Made by a program: the position numbers and the translations under genes. Below the pieces are notes generated by a model. That model had not been told where the DNA came from. It searched no databases and saw nothing but the letters and a program-made list of their open reading frames with translations. A stretch of 38,920 bases of DNA, taken from assembly GCA_020024105.1 (NCBI GenBank), contig JAHHUH010000018.1, positions 1-38,920 of the forward strand. Direction: 5' to 3'. This stretch comes from Phascolarctobacterium sp. GTDB lineage: Bacteria; Bacillota; Negativicutes; Acidaminococcales; Acidaminococcaceae. This document shows, one piece after another, positions 23,696 to 33,919 of the stretch; the first letter of the stretch is position 1, and every line of letters starts with the position of its first letter.

Positions 23696-24553
23696 ATGAA
23701 AATTAGAGAGATATTAGCGAGTGATAAGGTTAATATATCCTGCGAGCTGTTTCCGCCTAAGCAGGGCAGCGAGCTGAAAAATGCTTTAGCCATTGTAGAA
23801 AAGATTGCTGCTGTGCAGCCCTCCTATATGAGCGTTACCTATGGTGCAGGTGGTACCTCCGCAGGACGTACTGTAGCTATTGCCCAGGCCGTACAGGAGC
23901 ATAATATTCCCGCTCTGGCCCATTTGACCTGTGTTCAGTCCAATGAGGAAAAAATTGTCCAGGTTCTGGAGCAGCTAAAGGCCGGCAGAATTGAAAACAT
24001 TCTGGCTCTGCGTGGTGATTTGCCGGAGGGTAATCTGGACGGCTGCTTTGTTGAGCATGCCAACGATCTGATTACCTACATTAAGGGCTATGGTGATTTT
24101 TGCGTAGGCGGTGCCGCTTACCCAGAGGGCCATCCCGAGGCAGGTGCTTTGGATAAGGATATAGAAAATACCAAATATAAGATTGACGCTGGGGTGGACT
24201 TTTTAGTAACCCAGATGTTTTTTGATAATACGATTTTGTACAATTATATGTTCCGCCTGCTTTCCGCAGGTATTAACGTACCCGTAATTCCCGGTATTAT
24301 GCCAGTGACCAATGCCAAGCAGATTAACCGCATCTGCTCCTTGAGTGGTACTAAGCTGCCACCTCAATTTAGAGCGATTGTGGAAAAATTTGCTGATAAG
24401 CCGGCTGCTCTGCAGCAGGCAGGTATTGCCTATGCTACGGGCCAGATTATTGATTTAATCGCCAACGGCTTCCGTAATATTCATATTTATACCATGAATC
24501 GTCCCGAAATCATTGGCGGTATTATACGTAATTTATCGGAGATAGTCAAATGA
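23696..24553 (+). CDS. metF: 5,10-methylenetetrahydrofolate reductase
   Basis: 285 aa. ...ISCELFPPK..., ...SYMSVTYGAGGTS..., ...LVTQMFFD... typical MTHFR. GAGGGG RBS. Confidence 0.9.
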   Translation: MKIREILASDKVNISCELFPPKQGSELKNALAIVEKIAAVQPSYMSVTYGAGGTSAGRTVAIAQAVQEHNIPALAHLTCVQSNEEKIVQVLEQLKAGRIENILALRGDLPEGNLDGCFVEHANDLITYIKGYGDFCVGGAAYPEGHPEAGALDKDIENTKYKIDAGVDFLVTQMFFDNTILYNYMFRLLSAGINVPVIPGIMPVTNAKQINRICSLSGTKLPPQFRAIVEKFADKPAALQQAGIAYATGQIIDLIANGFRNIHIYTMNRPEIIGGIIRNLSEIVK

Positions 24554-25176
24554 GATATCATCAGGCAGAAGCTTTACGTTATATGCGGGTACCGGCAACG
24601 GATAGGGAAACTGCCAATTTGTTGGATTTAGTTTATCTGAAGCTGCGCAATGAGGTACAGGCTCGTTCTGTTATCCGCAAATTTGTTTGTACGCTTATGG
24701 AGGACGGTGTGCTGCTGGATTGTGGTGTTAAGCTGAATTCTAAGGATTTGGCTAGGCATCTGAAGGGCTGTCAGGAGGTACTGCTTTTGGCGGCTACCTT
24801 GGGCAGCAGGGTGGATATTGCCATCCGCCGCCTAACCTTGGGGAGCGTAACCGAGGGGGCTGCGGCTCAGGCTGTGGCGGCTTCGGTTATTGAGGGCTAT
24901 TGTGATGAGGTGCAGGCAGGCTATGCTACGGAGCTGTACCAGAAGCCCCGCTTTTCTCCCGGCTATGGTGATTGGCTCCTGGAGGAGCAGCAGAAGCTGT
25001 TCCGCCTGTTGGACTGCTCCAAGCAGATAGGTCTTACCCTGACGGACGGCTTAATGATGGTGCCGACTAAATCCGTTACGGCTGTGATTGGCTTGACCAG
25101 GGAAGCAGTCTGCGTCCAGAAGAAATGTGCGCGCTGCGAAAATAGTGAGTGTCCGTATAGAGAGGGAAATATATGA
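24550..25176 (+). CDS. Stand-alone vitamin-B12-dependent methionine synthase activation (AdoMet-binding reactivation) domain protein with C-terminal Cys cluster
   Basis: 208 aa. ...RFSPGYGDWLLEEQQKLFRLLD...IGLTLTDGLMMVPTKSVTAVIGL matches the MetH activation domain. Ends in CARCENSECPY. Overlaps metF stop and metH start. Confidence 0.75.
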   Translation: MRYHQAEALRYMRVPATDRETANLLDLVYLKLRNEVQARSVIRKFVCTLMEDGVLLDCGVKLNSKDLARHLKGCQEVLLLAATLGSRVDIAIRRLTLGSVTEGAAAQAVAASVIEGYCDEVQAGYATELYQKPRFSPGYGDWLLEEQQKLFRLLDCSKQIGLTLTDGLMMVPTKSVTAVIGLTREAVCVQKKCARCENSECPYREGNI

Positions 25177-27533
25177 TTTTTAAAGATTTATTAGGTAAGG
25201 AATTATTGTTCTTTGACGGTGCCATGGGTACCATGCTACAGGCTAGGGGGCTACAGCCGGGAGAATTGCCGGAGCTGTGGAATTTTACCCATGCCGAGGA
25301 AATTAAGGCTGTGCATACTGCTTATTTGGAGGCAGGTGCCAATATTATCAAAACCAATACCTTTGGTGCCAATCGTCTAAAATTTGCAGGTACCGAGATT
25401 AAAACTGCCGAGGTTGTACAGGCTGCTGTCAGAATTGCCAAGGAGGCCTGTGCAGGCTTTGCTAAAAGTTTTGTTGCCCTGGATTTGGGACCGACGGGGA
25501 AGCTGTTGGCACCCTATGGGGATTTGCCCTTTGAGGAGGCCGTGGCTATTTACGGCGAGGTTGTTCGTGCTGGACGTGATGCCGGTGCCGATTTGATTCT
25601 GATTGAAACCATGAGCGATACCTACGAAACCAAGGCGGCGATTTTGGCGGCTAAGGAAAATAGCGACCTGCCCGTAGTTGTTACTATGACCTTTGATTTG
25701 GATGGTAAGCTGTTAACCGGTGGTGACGTGGCTGCGGCGGCCCTGATGGTGGAGGGCCTGGGCGTGGATGCTTTGGGCTTTAACTGTGGCCTAGGACCTG
25801 CCCAGATGGCTAAGCTCCTGCCCACGCTTTTAGCCTATACCACGCTGCCCGTAGCCTTAAACCCCAATGCAGGCCTACCCGTGGAAAGGGATGGTAAGAC
25901 TGTGTTTGAGGTCGGTCCGGAAGCCTTTGCCCAGCTGATGCATGACCTGATCAGCCAGGGTGTGAGCCTAGCCGGTGGCTGCTGTGGTACTACACCGGAG
26001 CATATCCGGAAAATGGTGGAGCTGTGTGGCGACCTGCCCGCAGGTGGTGGTCGTGAGCATAATTTAACGGCGGTATCCTCCTATGGAAGGGCAGTGGTCT
26101 TTGGCAAGGTGCCCCTGCTGATTGGTGAACGGATTAATCCTACAGGGAAGCCCCGTCTGAAGGAGGCCTTGACCAATAGTGACTGGGATTATGTATGTCG
26201 TCTGGGGCTGGAGCAGATTAGTGCCGGTTCCCATATTCTGGATGTTAATACCGGTATGCCCGGTTTGGACGAGGTAGTCTCCCTAAGCCAGGTGGTACCT
26301 GCCCTGCAGGCGGTTACAGATACTCCGTTACAGATTGACACCTCCAATTATGCGGCTATGGAACAGGCCCTACGTTTATATAATGGTAAGCCCATGCTGA
26401 ATTCCGTCAGCGGTACGGAGGAAAGCATGGCTAAGGTTTTGCCCCTGGTCAAAAAATACGGTGCTGTGGTTGTCGGCCTCTGCCTGGATGAAGCAGGCAT
26501 TCCGGCAACGGCGGCCGGTCGTGTTGCTGTGGCTGAGAAAATTATTGCCAGAGCAGCGGACTATGGTATCAGCAGGACGCAGATTGTGCTGGACCCGTTG
26601 GCTCTGACCATCAGCACCGGTAGCAGTAATGCTTTGGTAGCAATGGAGGTTATCCGCCAGCTGCATGCCCGTGGTCTGCATACGGTGATGGGTGTGTCCA
26701 ATATTTCCTTTGGCCTGCCCGGTCGTGAGCTGATTAACAGTACTTTCTTTACCCTGTCCCTGGCGGCAGGCTTGAGTAGTGGTATTATTAATCCCCAAAG
26801 TAAGGCCATGATGGATGCCTACTATAGCTACCTGGCTGTGGCTGGACTGGATGATGGCTGCAAAGATTATGTAGCTCGTTATGCTGATGCTCCCAAGACT
26901 ACGGCTACTACTGTAAGTGAGATGGGCCTCTTTGATGCCATTGTCAAGGGTTTGGTAGGGGAAAGCCGGAAGGCGGCAGCCGTGGCTCTGACCAAGGAGC
27001 AGCCCCTGGAGATTATTAATAAATATATGATTCCTGCTCTGGACCATGTGGGTGTGGGCTTTGAAAAGAAAAAACTGTTCCTGCCCCAGCTGTTAATGAG
27101 TGCGGATGCAGCCAAGGCGGCTTTTGACGTTTTACGTGATGCCGTAGGAGGAAATGGAGAAGCTAAGGGCGAAAAGGTAATTATCGCAACAGTGCAGGGG
27201 GATATCCACGATATCGGTAAGAATATCGTCAAGGTGCTGATGGAGAATTACGGCTATAGTGTTATTGACCTGGGTAAGGATGTGCCCGTGGCCAAGGTGG
27301 TGGAGGCAGCTCAGACCTATGGTGCCAAAATAGTGGGCCTGTCCGCGCTGATGACTACTACTGTGGCGGCTATGGAAGAAACCATTGCGGCCCTCCATGC
27401 GGCTACGGACTGCCATATCGTGGTAGGCGGTGCTGTTCTGACCAAGGACTATGCTGCTGCCATTGGTGCGGACCATTATGCTCCCAATGCTGTTAGTGCT
27501 GTAAATTATGTTAATGATGTTTTAGGCAAATAA
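25173..27533 (+). CDS. metH: Methionine synthase (5-methyl-THF--homocysteine methyltransferase), short form: Hcy-binding plus pterin-binding plus B12-binding domains
   Basis: 786 aa. N-terminal FFDGAMGTMLQARG (Hcy S-methyltransferase). Central pterin-binding region. C-terminal GDIHDIGKNIV B12-binding motif. No activation domain (encoded upstream separately). Confidence 0.9.
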   Translation: MIFKDLLGKELLFFDGAMGTMLQARGLQPGELPELWNFTHAEEIKAVHTAYLEAGANIIKTNTFGANRLKFAGTEIKTAEVVQAAVRIAKEACAGFAKSFVALDLGPTGKLLAPYGDLPFEEAVAIYGEVVRAGRDAGADLILIETMSDTYETKAAILAAKENSDLPVVVTMTFDLDGKLLTGGDVAAAALMVEGLGVDALGFNCGLGPAQMAKLLPTLLAYTTLPVALNPNAGLPVERDGKTVFEVGPEAFAQLMHDLISQGVSLAGGCCGTTPEHIRKMVELCGDLPAGGGREHNLTAVSSYGRAVVFGKVPLLIGERINPTGKPRLKEALTNSDWDYVCRLGLEQISAGSHILDVNTGMPGLDEVVSLSQVVPALQAVTDTPLQIDTSNYAAMEQALRLYNGKPMLNSVSGTEESMAKVLPLVKKYGAVVVGLCLDEAGIPATAAGRVAVAEKIIARAADYGISRTQIVLDPLALTISTGSSNALVAMEVIRQLHARGLHTVMGVSNISFGLPGRELINSTFFTLSLAAGLSSGIINPQSKAMMDAYYSYLAVAGLDDGCKDYVARYADAPKTTATTVSEMGLFDAIVKGLVGESRKAAAVALTKEQPLEIINKYMIPALDHVGVGFEKKKLFLPQLLMSADAAKAAFDVLRDAVGGNGEAKGEKVIIATVQGDIHDIGKNIVKVLMENYGYSVIDLGKDVPVAKVVEAAQTYGAKIVGLSALMTTTVAAMEETIAALHAATDCHIVVGGAVLTKDYAAAIGADHYAPNAVSAVNYVNDVLGK

Positions 27534-27562
27534 GTAGGTCGGGAACCTGCGGGAGGTGCGCA

Positions 27563-27823
27563 ATGAAGATTTATGTATGGCGTCATAATAAAACCTATCA
27601 TAGTCATAGTATGATTGAAGAGCCCTGTGTAAATAACGAATTTTATCTGGATGCGCTAGCCATTGTGGTGGCTCCGGATAAGGAAGCCGCCCTGACTAAG
27701 CTGGCTGAGCAGCAGCGGGGCTGGCGTATTGATGATTTGCGTGAGCTGCCCTGCCAGGTGTACGATGCTGCTGAAGCTGGCGTAATTTTTAGCGAGCTGC
27801 GTGGGCAGATTGACCATTTATAA
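27563..27823 (+). CDS. Hypothetical small protein
   Basis: 86 aa. GGGAGGTG RBS 5 nt upstream. Follows metH in the same orientation. No recognisable motif. Confidence 0.35.
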   Translation: MKIYVWRHNKTYHSHSMIEEPCVNNEFYLDALAIVVAPDKEAALTKLAEQQRGWRIDDLRELPCQVYDAAEAGVIFSELRGQIDHL

Positions 27824-27959
27824 AAAATAATATGCATATAGGAAGGCTGTCACCTGTGGGTGGCAGCCTTTATCGTTACTGAAGGAAGACTTGAACGGAT
27901 ATGCTCAGCTAAGCTGGCAGGTGCTGGCGAAATTATTTTTGTGGTCAGCTCCTGGAGGT

Positions 27960-28000
27960 ACAAAAAAGCGTAGGAGAAGTCTCCTACGCTTTTGATGTTT
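27960..28000. terminator. Bidirectional terminator (AGCGTAGGAGA agt TCTCCTACGCT flanked by A6 and T-rich tracts)
   Basis: Read directly. Serves the convergent units metH (+) and cysE/gltD-like (-). Confidence 0.8.
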
Positions 28001-28014
28001 CTTCTTTACTGTAT

Positions 28015-29388
28015 TTAAATAGAGCAGTCCTCAATGAGCTTTTTTGCATCAATATACTGAGCGATACCGGCAGCTACCTTTTTGGACTCCTTCATAGCCA
28101 GGACTACCGTAGCGGGGCCATGAACCACGTCGCCACTACTGAAGACACCGGCACGAGTGGTCATACCATAGGGACGGTCGCGAGTAATGACAAAGCCACG
28201 ATTATCAATCTGAATACCCTTGGTGCTGGTAACAATACGGGCAGCGGGCTTTTGGCCTACAGCCAGGATAACGCAGTCACAGGGCATAACCTCCTGACCA
28301 CCCTCTGCTACAAATTCTCCCAGAGGAGTTTTGGTAATATGCTGGAGCAGCAGGCCTGCCACCTGGGTTTCATCAATATTAGTGGTCTGACGGCGGACAT
28401 TCTGTAAGGCGCGAATCTGCTTTTTGTTAAAGTAGGCAATGGGCTGCTTCAAGAATTTAAAATGAACGCCCTCCTTAACCGCAGCCTGATATTCGGACGG
28501 GTAGGCGGTAATATCCTCCTCCGCTTTGTGGAAGATGACGGTAACATTTTTAGCACCACGGCGCAGGGCAGTACGGGCTGCATCCATACCTACGTTGCCG
28601 GCACCAACGATAACAACATTATCACCAGTGTGGAGAACGGTTTCACTTTCGTCCAGCTTACCACTGTCTGCCAGGACAACAGTACGTAAAAAGTAGGTTG
28701 CGGTCAAAATACCGGAAAGCTCCTTGCCGGGGATGTTTAAGGTGCGGGGCAGGGAGCTGCCTGTACCGATAAAGATGGCATCATAGCCTTGGGCGAAAAG
28801 GTCGTCCACGGTAAAATCAATACCGGCCAGCTTTTCCGTTTGGATTTTAACACCTAAATTTAAGAGCTCCTGAATTTCACGGCGTACTACGTCCTTTTGC
28901 AGACGGAATTCCGGTATGCCGAAAAGTAGGACGCCGCCGGGCTCTGTCTGGGCCTCATAAATGGTTACGTCAAAGTCCATCTTGGCTAAATCGCCGGCTA
29001 CAGTTAGTCCCGCAGGACCAGAGCCGATAACAGCTACCTTACCTCTTAAACCGCTGGAGGGGGAGGTAGGACATAGATTATTCTGATGGGCAAAATCGGC
29101 AATGAACATTTCCAGACTGCCGATTTCAATGCCATGTTGTTTTTTGGTCAGGACACAATGAGCCTCACACTGGCGTTCGTGAGGGCAGACCCTGCCGCAG
29201 ATGGCAGGCAGATTGCTGGTTTCAGAAATAGTTTCGTAGGCCAGACCAAAATTACCATCACTGAGGGCACGGATAAAACGAGGAATATTATTTTCGATGG
29301 GGCAACCTGCAATACAGGTTGGACGGGAACAATTCAAGCAACGGCGGGCTTCGGTAATTGCTTCCGTGGTGGTCATTACTCTACTCAT
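28015..29388 (-). CDS. Glutamate synthase small-subunit-like NAD(P)H-dependent FAD / 4Fe-4S oxidoreductase (GltD/SudA family)
   Basis: 457 aa. N-terminal Cys clusters (CLNCSRPTCIAGCP, CGRVCPHERQCEAHC). Dinucleotide fold VAVIGSGPAGLTVAGDLA and VVIVGAGNVGMDAA. Confidence 0.8.
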   Translation of the reverse strand: MSRVMTTTEAITEARRCLNCSRPTCIAGCPIENNIPRFIRALSDGNFGLAYETISETSNLPAICGRVCPHERQCEAHCVLTKKQHGIEIGSLEMFIADFAHQNNLCPTSPSSGLRGKVAVIGSGPAGLTVAGDLAKMDFDVTIYEAQTEPGGVLLFGIPEFRLQKDVVRREIQELLNLGVKIQTEKLAGIDFTVDDLFAQGYDAIFIGTGSSLPRTLNIPGKELSGILTATYFLRTVVLADSGKLDESETVLHTGDNVVIVGAGNVGMDAARTALRRGAKNVTVIFHKAEEDITAYPSEYQAAVKEGVHFKFLKQPIAYFNKKQIRALQNVRRQTTNIDETQVAGLLLQHITKTPLGEFVAEGGQEVMPCDCVILAVGQKPAARIVTSTKGIQIDNRGFVITRDRPYGMTTRAGVFSSGDVVHGPATVVLAMKESKKVAAGIAQYIDAKKLIEDCSI

Positions 29389-29405
29389 AGTTCTTACCTC
29401 TTTTA

Positions 29406-30113
29406 TTAATAGTATTCATTATATTCGTCCTTGAGGGATTTAGTATCGTAAATCAGGTTTTCTAATTCCTTCAGACGACCATTAATTTCTTCCATATGCT
29501 TGGCCAGCTTTTCTTCGTAGTCGGCAACTGGGTCCGGTAGTACGTCATGGTTCAGGTCAATCATACTTTCTTTATCGTTGGGATTGGGAACGCGGACGCC
29601 GTCACGAGTAACAATACGTCCGGGAATACCGACTACTACGGAATTGGGCGGTACCTCCTTCAGTACGACGCTACCGCTACCAATTTTGGAATTGTCGCCT
29701 ACCTTAAAGGAACCCAGTACCTTGGCACCACTGGAAACAACGACATTATTGCCGATGGTCGGATGGCGCTTGCCCTGCTCCTTACCCGTACCTCCCAGGG
29801 TAACTCCCTGATAGAGGGTAACATTGCTGCCCAGCTCGGCGGTTTCGCCGATAACAAGACCCATGCCGTGGTCAATAAAAAGACCGGGGCCTAATTTGGC
29901 ACCGGGATGGATATCGATACCGGTTAAAAAGCGGGAAAAGGTATTAATCATGCGTGGGAAGACTACCCAATTTTTTTCATAAAAATAATGGGCAATACGA
30001 TGAAGCCAGATTGCATGCAGCCCAGGGTAACAGAGTGCCGCCTCCAACCTAGATTTAGCGGCAGGGTCGCGTAACATTATGACATCTAAATCTTCTTTGA
30101 TCTGAGCAAACAT
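29406..30113 (-). CDS. cysE: Serine O-acetyltransferase
   Basis: 235 aa. N-terminal SATase helical domain followed by left-handed beta-helix hexapeptide repeats (IDIHPGAKLGPGLFIDHGMGLVIGETAELGSNVTLYQGVTLGG). Confidence 0.9.
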   Translation of the reverse strand: MFAQIKEDLDVIMLRDPAAKSRLEAALCYPGLHAIWLHRIAHYFYEKNWVVFPRMINTFSRFLTGIDIHPGAKLGPGLFIDHGMGLVIGETAELGSNVTLYQGVTLGGTGKEQGKRHPTIGNNVVVSSGAKVLGSFKVGDNSKIGSGSVVLKEVPPNSVVVGIPGRIVTRDGVRVPNPNDKESMIDLNHDVLPDPVADYEEKLAKHMEEINGRLKELENLIYDTKSLKDEYNEYY

Positions 30114-30310
30114 GTGTAGGGTCCTTTCTTTTACAATATATTGAAATGCATATATATTGTAGCACAGGTAAGGATAAGTTTAAATAGTCCAAAGTGTAAC
30201 AAATAGACAGATTACGTCCATGTGGGTAGTTTTTTTAGTAGATTTCGTAAAAAAGACTAGCAAAAAAAGTGATTTCGAGATAAAATATATAGCATACACT
30301 ATTTTAGTAT

Positions 30311-31672
30311 TTGTTTACATTACTGTTTATCTTATTCATAAGTTTGGAGGTGTTGAAAACGGATAAGAAAGAATTAAAAGCGTTAATCTGTAAAACCATT
30401 GATGATAATGCTGCTAAAATCGAGGCTGTTGCTAATAGTATTGCTGATGAACCGGAGCTGGGCTTTAAGGAATTTAAAACCTCTGCTAAGGTTGAAAGAT
30501 TTATGCGCGAAGAATTGGACCTGGACCCTCAAACTCATTTAGCTATTAACGGCGTTAAGGCTCGTGTTAAAACTGGTAAGGAAGGTCCTACCGCTGCTGT
30601 AATCGGCGAACTGGATGCTATCGGCTGCCCAGACAGTCCTAAGGCAGATCCCTTGACTGGCTGTGCCCATGCCTGCGGCCATAACCTGCAAATTGCTACT
30701 ATGCTGGGTGCTGCTTGCGGTATTTTAAAATCTGATGCTTTGAAGCATTTGGCTGGCGATATTGTTTTCTTTGCAGTTCCTGCGGAGGAATATGTAGAAT
30801 TGGCTTATCGTAAAAAATTGATTGCTGAGGGCAAGATTCACTTCCTCAGTGGTAAGGGCCAATTGATTTATGAAGGTGCTTTCGATGATATCGATATGGC
30901 TATGCAGATGCATGCCGATAAGAATACTCCTGAGCCCACTGTTTCTATCGGCCAGACCAGTAACGGTTTTGTTGGTAAGACTGTACAATACATTGGTAAG
31001 GCTGCTCATGCTGCCGATGCTCCGGATGAAGGCATTAATGCTCTGAATGCTGCAATGCTGGGCCTGATGGGTATTAACGCATTGCGTGAAACTTTCCGTG
31101 AGGATGATGTTGTACGTGTACATCCTATCATTACCAAGGGTGGCGATATCGTAAACTCCGTACCTGCAGATGTACGTATGGAATTATATGTTCGTGCTAA
31201 AACTATGCAGGCTATTGATAAGACCCATCAACGTGTTGATGCAGCCCTGAAGGCTGGTGGCGATGCAGTCGGTGCTAAAACCGTTGTTGAAACCCTACCC
31301 GGTATGTTCCCCTTGGCCTGCAACGCTCGTCTGAATGAGCTTTTTGCAGAAAACTCCAAGGTAGCATGGCCTGGTATTAATGTACGTGATGCAGGTCACT
31401 TTAATGCTTCCACTGATATGGGTGATGTTTCCCATCTGATGCCCACCATCCATCCCTTCATTGGTGGCACCAACGGTTTACTGCATACTAAAGACTTTCA
31501 CGCAGTAGATTTTAAAGCAGCCGTTCTGCTCCCTGCTAAGGCCTTCGCAATGACCTTAGTTGATCTTCTTTATGATGATGCGGCTGAAGCTAAGGAAATC
31601 CTGGCTAACTTTAAGCCCATTTTGAGTAAAGAAGAATATATTGCTAAATGCGAGAGCTATTTTAGCAAATAA
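30311..31672 (+). CDS. M20-family amidohydrolase / peptidase (aminoacylase-like)
   Basis: ...CAHACGHN... metal-binding motif and overall M20/M40 pattern. The track start is TTG; the real start is probably at the LKTDKKELKAL region next to GGAGGTG (about 30350). Confidence 0.75.
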   Translation: MFTLLFILFISLEVLKTDKKELKALICKTIDDNAAKIEAVANSIADEPELGFKEFKTSAKVERFMREELDLDPQTHLAINGVKARVKTGKEGPTAAVIGELDAIGCPDSPKADPLTGCAHACGHNLQIATMLGAACGILKSDALKHLAGDIVFFAVPAEEYVELAYRKKLIAEGKIHFLSGKGQLIYEGAFDDIDMAMQMHADKNTPEPTVSIGQTSNGFVGKTVQYIGKAAHAADAPDEGINALNAAMLGLMGINALRETFREDDVVRVHPIITKGGDIVNSVPADVRMELYVRAKTMQAIDKTHQRVDAALKAGGDAVGAKTVVETLPGMFPLACNARLNELFAENSKVAWPGINVRDAGHFNASTDMGDVSHLMPTIHPFIGGTNGLLHTKDFHAVDFKAAVLLPAKAFAMTLVDLLYDDAAEAKEILANFKPILSKEEYIAKCESYFSK

Positions 31673-31677
31673 TTTTT

Positions 31678-32508
31678 TTGTTGATGTCGGAAGGAGAGAG
31701 TAACCCCATGAAAAACTTTAAGCTCCATGGTATTGTATTATGCCTCATTATCATCGCAGAGCTGATTGGTACCTACAAATTCCAAATTGGTGTTGGTACT
31801 ATCGTGCTGCTGCCCATGCTTTTTGCCTTAATACTAGGCGTATTGACTACCCCGAAATTCTTTAAAATTTCTGGTAAGCAGGATATGCTGGATGCCAGCT
31901 CCTTGTTGGGCTTGACCCTGATGCTTTTAATGGCTCGTTATGGTACCCTGGTTGGTCCTACCCTGCCGAAAATCATAGCTGCTTCCCCTGCTCTGATTTT
32001 ACAAGAATTTGGTAACTTAGGTACCATCATGATTGGTGTGCCTGTGGCAGTATTCATTGGTCTGAAACGCGAAACCATTGGTGCTGCTCACTCTATTGCC
32101 CGTGAACCTAATGTTGCTCTGATTGGTGAACGTTATGGCCTGGATAGCACTGAAGGTCATGGTGTTATGGGCGTATACATTGCAGGTACTGTTTTCGGTA
32201 CTATCTTCTTCGGTCTGATGGCCAGCGTAGCTGCATCTACTACTCCATTACATCCCTACGCATTGGCTATGGCTTCCGGTGTAGGTTCTGCTAGTATGAT
32301 GACTGCCGCAGTTGGTTCCCTGTGCGCTATGTATCCAGAAATGACTGAGCAGTTAGCTGCTTTTGGTGCAGCAAGTAACATGCTGTCCGGCCTAGATGGC
32401 TTGTACATGTCCATTTGGTTGGCATTGCCCTTCTCTGAATGGTTGTATAAAAAATGCTACAAGATTAAATATGGTGTTGAATCTGAAAGCATTAAGGAGG
32501 AAAAATAA
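31678..32508 (+). CDS. Integral membrane protein (DUF3100-like?), putative transporter component
   Basis: Multi-TM hydrophobic protein. Likely start ATG 31708 after GGAAGGAGAGAG. Operon with the amidohydrolase. Confidence 0.5.
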   Translation: MLMSEGESNPMKNFKLHGIVLCLIIIAELIGTYKFQIGVGTIVLLPMLFALILGVLTTPKFFKISGKQDMLDASSLLGLTLMLLMARYGTLVGPTLPKIIAASPALILQEFGNLGTIMIGVPVAVFIGLKRETIGAAHSIAREPNVALIGERYGLDSTEGHGVMGVYIAGTVFGTIFFGLMASVAASTTPLHPYALAMASGVGSASMMTAAVGSLCAMYPEMTEQLAAFGAASNMLSGLDGLYMSIWLALPFSEWLYKKCYKIKYGVESESIKEEK

Positions 32509-32954
32509 TGAGCATTAAAGATACTATTACTGTTTTACTCATTGTTTGTGTTATGAGTTTGGTATCCAATGTTCTGGGTACTAAATTTGGCTTGTTGGAA
32601 GCAATTCCCGGCCTGCTTATTTTAACATTAATTGCTGTTGCAGGTATTCTGCTGGCTAAATATTTGCCTGGCAACATCCCTTCCGTCGCTTATGTTGTAA
32701 CTTTAGGCTGCATCTTGACTTATCCTGCAGTTCCTGGTGCAACAATTATCAATAGCTATGTTGCGAAGGTTGGCTTCGTATCCCTGTGCACTCCCCTGTT
32801 GGCTTATGCCGGTGTTGCTATTGGAAAGGACCTAGATGAATTTGCTAAAAGTGGTTGGCGTATAGTGTTGGTTGCCTGTGTAGTATTTGTTGGTACTTAC
32901 ATTGGCAGTGCTATCATTGCTCAGTGTATTTTAAAGAGCTTAGGTCAAATCTAA
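32508..32954 (+). CDS. Small integral membrane protein, putative transporter component
   Basis: 148 aa, 4-5 predicted TM segments. AAGGAGGAAAAATA ATG RBS. Start overlaps the previous stop. Confidence 0.5.
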   Translation: MSIKDTITVLLIVCVMSLVSNVLGTKFGLLEAIPGLLILTLIAVAGILLAKYLPGNIPSVAYVVTLGCILTYPAVPGATIINSYVAKVGFVSLCTPLLAYAGVAIGKDLDEFAKSGWRIVLVACVVFVGTYIGSAIIAQCILKSLGQI

Positions 32955-32967
32955 TTTTACCTGTTCA

Positions 32968-33001
32968 AGGCGCTATCGAGTAATCGGTAGCGTCTTTTTT
33001 A
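32968..33001 (+). terminator. Rho-independent terminator (GCGCTATCGA gtaa TCGGTAGCG plus T6)
   Basis: Read directly. Confidence 0.7.
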
Positions 33002-33142
33002 TTAGCAGGTAAGCTTAGACTGCGCTTTTTATAAAATAATTTATATACTTTGCCCAGATGATATTAAAAGCATTTCTGTTGAATTTAATCCCTATATAGA
33101 GTAAAATATGGAGAGAAGCTAATATATTAAGGAGGAAATGTT

Positions 33143-33589
33143 ATGTCTGAAATTTTAGCGGAAACTACCTTTCCCAGCATTATCCATAATAACGAAATTT
33201 GTGATGAAATTGTAAAGTGGGGTAATGCTAATAATTTCCCGCTGATTAAAGCTAAACTGAATAATAAGATGGAAGGCTATGTAGGCTTTTCCCCGGATAA
33301 TTACTATATTAAAGCAACCCGTTTACCGGCGGTTCCCGGTGGCTGGAAGGTTGTAGTTGAAAGCTACGAAGCCGAAGAACGTATTATTCCTTTAAACGTT
33401 AAATCCGATACCGGTGAGGCCAACCGTTTCGTTTTGAAAATGGTTGAGGAGTACGAAAAGGAAGGCTTGAAAATGGAATTGGCTGATACCTGGTATGAGT
33501 CCTATGGCAATAGCCTACGTGATTTAAAGGTTACCGGTCATCCTGTTTTAATCAATAATTTCGAAGACTTTATTGAAAATATGCGTTAA
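33143..33589 (+). CDS. Hypothetical cytoplasmic protein
   Basis: 148 aa. TTAAGGAGGAAATGTT ATG RBS. No recognised motif. Confidence 0.5.
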   Translation: MSEILAETTFPSIIHNNEICDEIVKWGNANNFPLIKAKLNNKMEGYVGFSPDNYYIKATRLPAVPGGWKVVVESYEAEERIIPLNVKSDTGEANRFVLKMVEEYEKEGLKMELADTWYESYGNSLRDLKVTGHPVLINNFEDFIENMR

Positions 33590-33592
33590 GCC

Positions 33593-33880
33593 ATGACCAG
33601 CGTTATCGAAAAACAGTTGGCGTTGGCCTTAACGCGGCGTCTAGCTGTTTTTAAGGACAGTATTCAGGAGGGGAGCCTGCTGAAGGACGAAATGCAGCTT
33701 CAGGCTGTGGTCTATATAATCAGTGAGCTTCTGTTGCCCTGCTGCTGTATGCTGACGAACAAGGCTAAATTACAGTCCCTGCTGGAGGCGGTACCGCTTT
33801 TTGAGGGACAACCGGAGCTGATTAATAAGCTGGTGCTTCTGGTATATGCTGATTTGGCCCGTTGTAATGGTTTAGGTTAA
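33593..33880 (+). CDS. Hypothetical small protein
   Basis: 95 aa. 3 nt after the previous stop. Followed by a terminator. Confidence 0.4.
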   Translation: MTSVIEKQLALALTRRLAVFKDSIQEGSLLKDEMQLQAVVYIISELLLPCCCMLTNKAKLQSLLEAVPLFEGQPELINKLVLLVYADLARCNGLG

Positions 33881-33885
33881 GCTGT

Positions 33886-33919
33886 TAAAAGAGCTACCCG
33901 TAAGGGTGGCTCTTTTTTA
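33886..33919 (+). terminator. Rho-independent terminator (AGAGCTACCC gtaa GGGTGGCTCT plus T6)
   Basis: Read directly. Confidence 0.7.

Noticed and set aside
26376-27476. Several 80-220-aa minus-strand ORFs inside metH (26376-27047, 26561-26809, 26879-27232, 27132-27476) and 25384-25825 ORFs
   Set aside because: Antisense or alternative-frame shadows of a high-confidence, motif-rich metH reading frame.
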